Assembly (NCBI RefSeq): GCF_040938485.1
Contig: NW_027271881.1
Span: 620,001-684,000, forward strand
Reading direction: 5' to 3'
Length of the DNA: 64,000 bases
From: Diadema antillarum
Lineage: Eukaryota
Shown in pieces: positions 13,738-25,149 of the stretch (position 1 is the stretch's first letter; each line of letters opens with the position of its first letter). A program made the translations under genes and the position numbers. The notes beneath the pieces are model-generated. The model made no database searches. It saw only the letters and a program-made list of their open reading frames with translations, and was not told where the DNA came from.

Positions 13738-14970
13738 GGAAGAAGCGGTGGAGTGACTTTGGTCAAACGATTTCACGTTAAGTGCTTTCGAAGTTCAAAT
13801 GCGGATGTAAACATTCGATTTCGTGTTTGAGCATGAATTTCAAAATTTGCGCATTCAAATTAACGCGATGGGCTGGGTTAGGACTTCAAAACACTCTCAA
13901 TATCGTTTTTTTTTTTTTTTTTTTTTTTTTTTGGGGGGGGGGGAACTCATATTCATTTACAGACTAAACATGTACATTCAATGTTGTAATCCTCCTTAGC
14001 ATCCCATATCTTGAGTAAAAAGGATAAGTTCTTTGTCATTTTTGACATAATTTTGTAGGTAGTGTTGAATAAATATATCCACATCCATGATTGATTTGCA
14101 CGTTGCTTTGCTATATTCTATTTACCAATCAATTTGATAAAATTCGCTTTGTTAATGTAAATAGCTTATCTAAAAATTGTGAAACCAAAAAATGCACAAC
14201 AACGCGCATAATGTCAATAACAAGAGCAGACGATCAACAAACTGAGTTGTTTTCAAAAACCATGCCAGCATTTCGGGCAAACATCCAGAATAGTGTATTG
14301 GGATGACTCGCGAGTTGTCATGGTGACACGCAAAACCGATATGTGAAGTCAAATTTAAAATCACAGAGTGATTTTAGCCATCCCTCTGTATTTACACGTG
14401 TGATGTCCGTCTTTCTTTTACTAATTGAAATTGTGTTCGGAACCAAATGCCCCAGTTAAATTCACGAAACATTGCCGTGATCGATGGCTTAGTTTTAAGC
14501 CTGAAAGCATCCCAACGGCTCGAATACTATGTACAAATCACTGGCTTGGATGCTGAGCCTCAATCGCCGTATTGATTCATGAATTCGTGTGTTCCATGCC
14601 CGGAATTCATGTACCTCGTGGCGTCTGAGCTGGTGATGCGACTTATCCCTTTGCGACCGATTTAGGTGCTTCATATGACGGTGTCCCACATATTATATAC
14701 TTCGCCCTTCAGCTCGTGAATCGTGACCCGGTTCACGTGCGAGTCCAGAGAAGGAAGCCCGGTTTCCTCTAAGTGCCAAAGGTTGTGGCCACGTTAATAA
14801 TCATACCAACAACACCTGAATGCGGGACAAAAGAAGGCCGAGTCACGATCACCCGGTGCTTATTGAAGGTGTCCCAAGAGAGAGGTGAAGCCCAAAATGT
14901 CGAATGAATAAATAGTTCTAGAGAGGAAGCAACAAGAACGAGAGAAGAAGGGAATGGAGGAGAAGAGGTA

Positions 14971-15146
14971 TAGCCTTTTGCCAAGGCCCTCTCGTTGTAT
15001 GCATGGTGGTGAGCGAATGGGGGCGAACGAAGCGAGCCCACTCGAGCGCGACAACGCGAGGTGCGCTGTCGCGCTCGGCTGGGCTCGCTTCACTTGCCTG
15101 TTTATAGCTATCATAATAACAGCGAGAGGGCCTTGTTAAAAGGCTA
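14971..15146. mobile_element. Short fold-back (hairpin) MITE, TAGCCT...AGGCTA termini
   Basis: Outer arms tagccttttgccaaggccctctcg / cgagagggccttgttaaaaggcta. Inner arms gaagcgagcccactcgagcgcgacaacgc / gcgctgtcgcgctcggctgggctcgcttc. TA at both ends, inserted in purine-rich sequence. Confidence 0.75.
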
Positions 15147-18100
15147 GGAGAGGTAGGGCAGGACGGATGATAGCTGAAGAGGAAACATGGATTCAGAACT
15201 TCGCGATAAACAAGATAAAAGTGGTTCTCTTGATTTGACATCATTTCAGGGAAAAGAGATTTGTTTTTCATTTAAAAAGGAAAAGGAGTGTTTGTTAGTG
15301 ATTCATCCAGATGAACTGATTTCACATCGTCAGGTGCATCACAAAGCTATCGGCCGTAAACAGATACAAAACCACACCAAGGTGAACACTTGATGAAAGA
15401 TTCACCGTGTTATTAGATACCTTGTATTGTGCGCCTATATTGTGATGACACATTGTTCTATTTTTTTTCTTTTTTTCACGCGTAGATTTTAGACTATCCA
15501 CAAACCTTGTGCCACTGACTATTTTCATTTACTTTTTGTTTCCTTGAAAGACTTAAGTTAAGACCTTTTCTTTTATCTGAAACCTAGTCGGCAGCCTCTT
15601 TGTTGTTGTTGTTTTGTGTATTTATTTGTGCATGTTTCTTTTTCTTTCTTCCTGTCATTCCGCCTTTGTTTACGTGATATAAGGTCGTGAAAGTTATGCA
15701 GTATCCATGAGTACCGCCTGCTGTGATTGCACGCCATGAAGTCTTATGTATATTCCACTTCATTTCATTCGCGTGATTTTATTTCAGATCATTTTACAGT
15801 GTATTTGTTTAGCTTGCTTTTTGCAGGTCTATATACTCTATCATATCTCCCTCCACGTTCCTTTCACTACTAGCAGTTCAATACATAATTCTGCGGCATT
15901 ATTACAAACTTTTGCATGGCAGGATATTGCTCGTATAAAGTGTACCATTTTGATGAATCGTATAATGCATTGTTTATTCAACTCCGGCGTCGATGATGTT
16001 TATTCTCTTACTCTCTTATATCCTCATAGCTTTTTGGACATCTGTTATGTTTGGGGGGGGGGGTGGTAGAGGCAGACAAGGAGAGAGAGAGGGGGGATGG
16101 AGTAAAGGAACTATGTCCTCGATAACTGGAGGTGTGCAAATGACGTCACACGCTGTACCACAAATCTTACCATGTGTCAACGCTTACCTCAGACGCTTTT
16201 ACGAAGGTAACTTGATGCGGAAGGGAGGGCGGGGGAGGGGTGAGGTTGAGATGGGTGGGGTTACCGTTATATAAGAGGGAAGGCTGACTTCACCTTTGAT
16301 ATTATCACCTGACTTCGCATACCTTTAGATCAAAATGCTACGGCTCTTCCAAGGGGGGCTCTCCCTGCATGTCACCGGTGGTTGTGCGCCTGGTATCTAC
16401 TGGTGACGCCCTCATACATCGGTATGATGCCAAGCTAGAGAGAAACGCCACAGAGCTGTGCAGACACGACTAGAGACTGATAATCAGCTGTCACCGGGTC
16501 ACTAGCTTTTTACCTGCTAAAGGGTGTGTCTGTTGGGAGGGGGAGGGGTATATATGTGTCAGCCTTATTGGCGTTTCCAAGGATGAGGCTATGATGTGCC
16601 TCAGTGTATAATGAAGAGTGCGTATGTGTATTGATACCTGTGTGTTTTATGTATATGCGTGCGGGTATTTGCATGATTATGGACGGATTCAATATTATAT
16701 ATTTGCATTTGCATTCCGATAATTCTATCATTCTGGTTTCTCGCCACAGTAAGTTCTGCCGCCGGAAAATTATGGATGTGAAAATATTGATTTTTTTTTA
16801 TTAGACTCATGACGCGTAATGAAGAATAACAACATGATATGATGACTGTGATATTCTTACCACGCACGCTTGCATGCTCTTCTGTCATTGATACTACATG
16901 TATTATGTATCAAGAACTCTGCTCTAGATATATAGATATCTGTAGATTGATAGCACACGTTAACCCTACTCGTTGGTAGTGGCGGTGTGATGGTTTGATC
17001 TCTTCCCAAGTGTATTATATTACGTATGCCAAGCGCATCGTGTAATCTATTTTCAGTATCTTTATACTAGTACTCAGTAATGTTTACATGCGACTATGAT
17101 GCATTTCAATAGTGCGAGACTAGGACTTGAATTGGCCTGGTTCAAGTTCGTATAGATTGATTGTCGGTTAAACAAACCCCAGTTGATTGTCAAATATATC
17201 TTTAATTCATCGTTTTCCTCCTTAAAAATTCGAGGCGCCATGAGCGTTTTGTAAAGTGAGCAGATCAAAACTAAATACAATCCGACGAAACTGATTATTA
17301 CTCATGTATATTTAGATCCAGAGGTTACTATTAATGTGTTTATGAGTCACTGGACTTTCACCCACACAACTAAGCTGAACTTACTGCATTCTTGCACGTT
17401 TTCAATCATCACATAATTTTTACTGCCTGTCGCACAACATAAATTATCAAAGTTAAGTAAGGGTTACGGAAGCTGTAATCGTCGCACACTTATGTACGCA
17501 TGAACACTTCCGGCAACCTTTGGGGAACTTTGTTTCAGATGAAGTGATCTACGTGACTCCGTGATCCCTTAATGTGTAGTTTGATATTATGTCGTTGTCA
17601 ACGTAAATATCTAAATTGTGTAATGAAATTAGTGCTACCTGTTTACAATATTGTTATACATATAATAATACCAATGAGCCGATATGTGTGTCTTATGTTT
17701 TGATAATGTCGCATTTCTTCATATTGCATTGTTCTTCATGCATTATTTTGATTATTGTCGTTGTTTGCTGTTTAAAATGAAATCTTATGAAACAAAGTAG
17801 TGCGGGATGCTGCGCAAGAGAACGGTCGCCACTTTAAACGAGTGGAAGGAAGCTCTCCGAACGAGCCCGATATATCCTGCGGCATATTTCACGCGCGAGC
17901 AGAATGAAGCTCTGGGCAATCACCTCGATATGCTGCAAAGGGAAAATTAGGGGCGGCACCCGATCTGGGCTCGACTTTAAGGATATTGTAGATTCAGCAT
18001 GGCCGAACACTCTTCCGTAATGGCGCCCGCGCGTGTTTTCTACTCATCGCATCCAGACCGTCCAACCTCCGCCATAGCATGAATAAGGACTTCATCCATT

Positions 18101-21100
18101 GTCATCTGACGTAACATCTGTCTGGATATAATGAATTATTATGTCTGGAAACGTGAGGCTATTTCTAGGATGTACTCGTGCTATGGCAGAAGATAAAAAC
18201 AAATGCCTCCTCAAATGACGTCGATAGGAAAAATTACCAGAATTATTAAAAGTATCAAAAGCAGTAAAGAGAGACAAAGAGACAGAGACAGGGGGGGGGG
18301 GGGCATGGGAGAGAGTAGATAGGGAGAGAGAACATGGCAGGATTTCTTGAAATTTAACTATAAATGTTCAACAATACAAATAATTAAGCTCATTGATTAT
18401 TGATTATTTGAAATTAAAAGAGTAAGCTTGGAAACAGCTAGTGATCACCGGGATGTGCCTGAGTCAGGATGTGCCCGAGTCAGGCAAGGATGTGACGAAA
18501 ACAAGGACGTGAAATGTAATGAGAGTCTACACAGTACTCAATTCTCACCAAGTAGGAGTGTGTTAACGATATTGTGGCACATGGAACTATATGTTCGCAC
18601 TGAATGCCTTGTTTGCGCACGAGCTATACAGCCAACCAGCGACTTTCCGAATATAAAATGTCTTTGACTCAAGTTTGTTTGTTTTGTTTTGCTTTTTGTT
18701 GTTTTATTTTTAATGGGGATTTGATTATCTTTTTTTATGTGGAAATGAGCGCTTTATAAGAGTCTCACTATTTATTATTTCATGAAGCGTCTATAATTCT
18801 GAATTTATTTATCTTCATACTTACTGTTATCATTCTTTTGATAATATATATATATTTTTTCATTTACTCATTATTTTGTGTATGTGTGTATGTGTGTTTG
18901 TGTGTTTTTCTTTTTGTCCTATGACTACGACTACAGTCTATGTGTTGACCATGTATAGAGCCAGATTGCTCCTTTAAACAACTCTACGTCGATTTGCAAA
19001 CTTGCCGGGAAGTGAGACTGCGCGTCAACACAGCCAAGTGGTCCCCGAGGGAATTAGTCGATAGTCAGACAGATAGACAGACACGGCACGCTGAGAACAT
19101 GCAAATGAGCGAGAGACAGGCGAAACAAGCCCCCGAGTATTGGATTCCTCTAACCGCCAGGATCGAGATCTGCTCCCTTTTCTCTTCTTCCTCTTCCATT
19201 TCTCTCTGCTCGAAAGGAATACTAGTATAGTGGACAGAAAGAGAGAGAGAGAGAAAAAAAAATAGGATGCACGCCTGTGAGGGTGTCGACAATGAAATAA
19301 GGCAGAAAAGCCACGCTGTTGTTGCCGTCGTTTTAAATGCGCAAGATGTCTTTAGCTGGCCGAGGGAAGAGAGAGAGGGATAGAAAATAGGTTGATTAAT
19401 AGTAGTTGTACACAAACGACTTGTGACTGTCCGCCATCGATCAGGCGTAGCACTGAACTGATGCCATCGGAAAGAGAAAGGAGAGAGGGAGAATGGGGGG
19501 AAAGAGAGAGGGATAGAGCGAGACAGGGGGGATGGGACTCTCCATGCCTGCGGCCTGCTCGATCTTTACGCGCATCTCTGGCATCAGTCAGATCTCTAAA
19601 TAGATGCGATCCATACATCATCCCGACTAGGGCGCCGGTTTCCACGTCCTCCGCTCTCGACGCCGGTCAGAAACAAGTGGCGACGACGGAGCGTCTCACT
19701 TTACATGAGCTAGATGCATGATCTTTCAAATTAGACATTCTTGGCTCTGATGATGCTGTCGGGTTAAATAAGTCCGGGAATTAACGACTGCAACTCATAA
19801 CATGCCGCTTTTTCTCTCTCCTTTATACTTTCGGCACACCTGTTGTATAGGCACGTTGTTGCAAGACCACGTGACTATACAAAAACAAAAATAATCCATT
19901 GGCACAAATGGAAATTTCCATTTCTCTTTCGCATGCGAACAGGATTATATCCATTATAATAAATTAGTGATTTAAAGTGGAAGAGTGCCCCTGTGTAGGC
20001 CTACTTACGTTAGAGCATGGAGCTACAAATAGCTCCATGGTTAGAGCATGCATTCTTATGAAATAACCATGTAGCTCCATGAAACAACTGAATACATAAA
20101 GTGATTCCTCCCCTTTGCGTATGTGTGTACGATGATAGTGTATTATGTGTGCGTGTGTGTATGTATGAATAGATCTCTTGTTATGAGGGGGAGGGGAAAC
20201 AAACTACAAGTATATTGCATTTATCAATACTTATTATCTATTACTTATTATCTAGTAAATAAGGGTCCTCGGAGCGAAACATCAACTACAATATTACACT
20301 AACAACTTTCTATTCCATTTAGACTTAAATGCAATCTGCATGCAGGCTACATCCAGTCATGCGCTACATCCATTCATTTCGTCATTCATTCTGATCGTTC
20401 AAAACATGTTTTGTTTTCGTTGTTTTGTGCTCTCTGAACGATCATGGTCAATCAATCACTAATGCCATGTATAGTCAGCGGAAAATGGAGAGGACGACGT
20501 GGCAAGTTTCAGCCTTATGGAGAGGTTTGCCACCCAGTCTGCATTAATATTCTATCATATAAAAACCGATCGGAATGGCTAAGTACGGAGCTGCCAACGA
20601 GCGTAGCTCCGAGACAATATAAACATCTCCCAAAGCAAGTAATCTCACTTCTTACTGCTTTCTCTTAGTCGTCAATGAAGACACGTCATTGCTAAATCTC
20701 TGCAGACGAATGCATGAATAATTGAGACCATACAGGTTTATGTGATATCCTGTCCCCGTTTCCACTGTCAAGTCTAATTGTTCCCGCGGGAATGGCCCCC
20801 ATCATCCTTTTTTTTCTTTTTTTTCGGCAGTGTATTGCACGTGCGCTGTCATATCTTCCCGTCCTTATTTCGTCAAGCATGGGCACACAGCGACGTGTTA
20901 TGTTATGCGTAAAACGTGATGTTCATGCTACTTGTAAATGAAACACTTTTATCTCGCTGCTCCAGCACCCCTCCTCACTCTTCTCTTCCTTTTAGTCTCC
21001 TCTCCTCCCACTCCCCCTATTTCTCTTTCTGCTTCCTCGCATTCATGCGTTCAGCATGTTGATATTCTTTAACGTTATTTTCACCCTTTTCGCCGAATCT

Positions 21101-21490
21101 CCGACACCCTTATAGTTGCTATATGGGTATTCATGTTATACTGGAATGCATGAAATACTAATTTAACTCCAAATACGTCAGCTACGCGCCGTGATGATGC
21201 TTCTCAAGGTAACTTAGTACGGCCAGTGACCACGCGAGAATTGGCAAAGAGAACTTATAGATGACATGTTACGGAGGCGGGCGGGAAAATGATAGATTCA
21301 TGAAGTTTATACAGACTTTATTTCGCCCCATCTCCACCGAAACCACACAAGGATAGATATGGGCTACGTATACAGATAGGAGAAACTACGTGTTTATATT
21401 AAATTTTGTGTTTCTTGTACACCAGCAAGTGTGTGTGCCTCCTGTGAACATTTTCCTAAGAGATAATACAAATTAAAATGGCGTTCTAAA

Positions 21491-21531
21491 GAAGAAGAAG
21501 AAGGAGAAGAAGAAGAAGAAAAAAAGAAGAA
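21491..21531. repeat. Imperfect (GAA)n microsatellite
   Basis: Direct reading. Confidence 0.9.
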
Positions 21532-22352
21532 GCGAAAACTCAGTATATTTCATGTGTATTTTCCGATGTAGTGTAATCAACGCGTAACACTCCACTCCTA
21601 AAGCAGCAGAATTATTTCTATTCAGATTCTGAAGAGAGGTATTTCAAACCACATTGTTTCCTTCTTTCTCTCTCCCTCTTGTTCTTGTTGTGTTTTTGCA
21701 GTTGTTCATCGTAACCAGAACAGAAGCCATACACATCGCAACCATGTACCCTTTTTATGAGTTTGCGTGAATCACTTTTTAGCATCATCAGTGCTCTGAT
21801 ACGAAAATGTGACAACACCTACACAAATTCATTCCATTTATTGTCGGTGTGGTACCTTTAATTCCTTAAAATGATAATGTGGATATAAGTGAGTTTTGTG
21901 CGGCAGCACTTAATATTTGCTCTGAATTTTCCTCCATCGCTTCTTGTTCTGTCTCGTGACACCGTGCTGTTGATATTTATGTATGCTCTTCTTTCCCCGT
22001 TTTCCATGAGAGGGGATGCCCGGGGACTTTGTCACAGCCGAGATATAATATGCAAATTTACACCTGGACGGGGAAACGAAAGATTCGCAGTGTTTTGGCA
22101 TGGCGAGAGAAATCGAACCTCGTGGTTGCACGGCGACAGTGGGTTTCTACCTACCCATGATAACGATTCGGGTCTAGTCGCATTCGTAGGAGAGTAAATA
22201 CGGTTTTTAGTTAATAAACGGAACGTTTCCAAAGACACGCCAGGCGACGCAAAGACACGGCTCATACACATAATGTTGGAGGAAAAAGTCAGCCTGACAT
22301 TACACATTTCACACTCGAGTCTTAATAATTGATCCATGTTTGCGTAGCAGAC

Positions 22353-22511
22353 CTGGGCCCCATTTGATAAAAAGCTGATATGGTAGCAACTCTTGCTAGA
22401 ATGGCAGTTGCCGTGGTAAGAATCCAGCTTCCTGGTTGGCTGTTGCTATGGGAAGTTGCCATTCCAGCAAGAGTTGCTATCCTAACATCTTTTATGAAAT
22501 ATAGAGCCCTG
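22353..22511. mobile_element. PIF/Harbinger-like MITE
   Basis: CTG direct repeats at 22353-55 and 22509-11. Imperfect TIR ggccccatttgataaaaag / tttttatgaaatatagagcc. Internal stem tagcaactcttgctagaatggc...gccattccagcaagagttgcta at 22384-22479. Confidence 0.7.
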
Positions 22512-22631
22512 GCGTTCAAATGTATCGAGGAAATTGTCAGAACCACTCATTTTTCATGTGTAGGGCCTATAGGTAAATTCATTTACGCTGATCCAGGAGC
22601 ACACGTACAGACACAAAAGTTATATAATTTA

Positions 22632-22764
22632 NNNNNNNNNNNNNNNNNNNNNNNNNNNNNNNNNNNNNNNNNNNNNNNNNNNNNNNNNNNNNNNNNNNNN
22701 NNNNNNNNNNNNNNNNNNNNNNNNNNNNNNNNNNNNNNNNNNNNNNNNNNNNNNNNNNNNNNNN
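22632..22764. other. Assembly gap or masked run (133 N)
   Basis: Run of N. Confidence 0.99.
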
Positions 22765-23324
22765 ATACAGAATGTCTCTGGTTCCCTGCATTTATTTCAA
22801 CACAACCTGCTAAATCATGTAGGGTAATGTGCATCTGTGTCGATTTCACTGACTTTTATTATGCTTTCATATGATTTGACGCAAACAAACGACATTATCT
22901 ATGCACATTTTTTATTCAAGACATCATAAGGCCACTTTGGACATGTTGGATGATAGCGGCACTACATGATTTGGTTATCTTTTACTACACAATTCTATAG
23001 ACCGATTCAATTTCGATGACCTATTCACCTACCGCCGCTAGCGGCGCTATAACGGTCGCCATAACTGGGGGCCAACGGGGGCTTCCAGCGAGCTAGCTAC
23101 CCAGCGAGTTGCACTTGCAGCTCAGCAGCCTATAGCGTACACATCGCGCATAGTTAGCCGGCCGCGGCCGCTGCGCCGCGACCGGCGACCGCCGGCGCCG
23201 CGCTAATATTATGATTGTTTACTCACTGTGGAAAAGTCATTCAGCGGCTTTTAATGCCTCTCTTTTGGACAAATTGAGTGATTCAGACATATTGATCTAC
23301 TTTGAAAGCTTCAAAGGAAGGGTC

Positions 23325-23426
23325 ACGAAAACACATTGTGCAGTTGTTGGGTGCATAAATAACAGAAAAAATGGAAATGGAAGCTGCACGGCAGTGTGTG
23401 AAATTCAGACACCGCTGACGCATGAT
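23325..23426 (+). pseudogene. Degenerate THAP-domain N-terminus (transposase remnant)
   Basis: Translates TKTHCAVVGCINNRKNGNGSCTAVCEIQTPLTHD. CAVVGCxN is the typical THAP start and CEIxxPLxH resembles ISL2EU-type THAP transposases (recall). No in-place ATG, stop soon after. A possible out-of-frame MHRF(P) follows at ~23478. Confidence 0.6.
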
Positions 23427-24538
23427 AAATTAAGGCAAAATTAAAGACAATTAAGTGAAATACAACGGTATAAAAATGCACAGATTTCGAAACAAACTAT
23501 GTCTACTAGATTCTCTCATAATTAGGTTATCACTGCATATTCGTAAAATATGTTGTTCATCTTAGAAGACAAGTTTAGATCAAAGAATTTGATAATTCAC
23601 TGTTTTTTTTTTTAATCCTTGGTGTCCTACTTGCCAAAGTTAGAATACACTTCCTGGCTCCATTTTATTATTATGACAAACATTTTACAGCCTACACTAC
23701 AGCTAAATAAATGTTTCAAGATGCGTTAAATTCTTATATTGTTTTCACTTCTTCAATGTTCAGCACCGATATTGACCATAGGCCTATTCAATTTTGGCCT
23801 GGAACTCTGAATTTGACTTTTGATAAAGTGATACTTACAAATATTAAACCATGGATGGTGGCAATTGCATCCATTTCATAATCATACTAAGAAAGTATGA
23901 TTTAAAATATCACTTTTGTAGATTATAATATTAGGCGTTAGCGTGATGTTATGCAAGGTTACTTAGACCTAAAACAGTAGAAGTTTTGGTTGTAGACATC
24001 AGGCGACGTAGATCATCTCTATAGTCGTAACTTATGTTTAGGCATATACATACGGCCTAGAAACGCCTAGATTTATATTCCGTTTGGTTTACTTAGCTAA
24101 GCTTGCCTGAAGTTATCGACAACGGAAAATAATATAGGATGTAGGGTTCTAGAAGTCAATAGGTCTAGATCTAGTCTGGACTCTTGCCTAGATTTCTAGA
24201 CAAGATCTAACGTTAGACAGATTCTACCCTGCTGGCCCGACACTCCCGAGTAAAGGCAAAAACCTGCCCTAAAAAGGTTAAGATAACTGATAGCTTGCAA
24301 TTTATTGCGCCACATCTAGCTCAAGATTCTTATTCATTATTTGTTTTTAATTATATCAGTTAACTTGTCAACAGCCTAGGCTTATTAGCAAGACGTCTGC
24401 CTGCGCCTAGCAATAATTCTCCTCAGCGGTTTTTATTCTCTTACACAATGTGAATATACGGGGCTTACACGCGAGTACCCAAGTCATCGCCAAAGAAATA
24501 AGAGTCTACAAACATTCACGGATCGTACCGATATTTAC

Positions 24539-24590
24539 CTTGAAATTCAAGTTTTGGCTGCAGCCGTATGTCATCTACCCATTCGCTCAT
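24539..24590 (-). pseudogene. Possible first exon of the transposon's second (YqaJ-type accessory) ORF
   Basis: Minus strand reads ATG...MSEWVDDIRLQPKLEFQ then AAG|GTAAAT donor. The WxDDxxxxP pattern resembles N-termini of ISL2EU-associated second proteins (recall only). It points inward from the right TIR. Confidence 0.35.
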
Positions 24591-24994
24591 AGTCGGTATA
24601 AATTGTTTAATTCTATTTATTTTTAATTAGCTAGCAAAAAAAAAAATGTAGACTCTAGTTGTCACAAAGCCAGATCCGTCGATCTCTGCCAGCGCGAGAG
24701 ATAGCTAGCTGGCCGGATGGCGCCGGGTGGTGCGGCTGGCGCCGGGTGGTAAAAGCACTGGCTGCCGCTGGCACCCTTGCCACGCACGCAGGGCGCTTGC
24801 CGACCCGGCCTGTTTGGCCCCCAGTTATGGCGTCGCCTTAAGAGGGCGCACTTCCATGAACAGTCGCTTGAATCGGTCTATAGCTGTTATCATGAGTTAT
24901 TCTATGAAATGTTATATTGCCACCGTCATTATCATCAATATATTATAGACATCAACTCTTTGTCATAACGTGATGGAGCACTTGCCGTTGTTAT

Positions 24995-25149
24995 CAGCGA
25001 GCTTTTATCTGCGACGCGAACGCTAAGACGACGCTTATTTGGCCAAAGAATTGTGTTTTGCACATGCGCGAGAGAGAGCTGTTTCTTTATTGTCCAACCC
25101 GGGAGGCTGCGTTGCCTTGGCGTTCGCGTCGCAGATCTATAGCTCGCTG
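24995..25149. mobile_element. Short MITE with ~42-bp TIRs
   Basis: cagcgagcttttatctgcgacgcgaacgctaagacgacgc versus the reverse complement of gcgttgccttggcgttcgcgtcgcagatctatagctcgctg. Flanked by direct repeat ttgtta. Confidence 0.75.

Larger units (their letters stand above)
22999..24879 (+). mobile_element. Non-autonomous ISL2EU-like (PIF/Harbinger-related) DNA transposon, internally deleted
   Basis: Perfect 16-bp inverted repeat ctatagaccgattcaa (22995-23010) / ttgaatcggtctatag (24868-24883), read as an AT target duplication plus TIR. Second 19-bp subterminal inverted repeat cgccataactgggggccaa at 23057-75 / 24814-32. GC-rich subterminal blocks and a THAP-like remnant inside. Superfamily call from AT TSD plus THAP. 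Confidence 0.75.
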
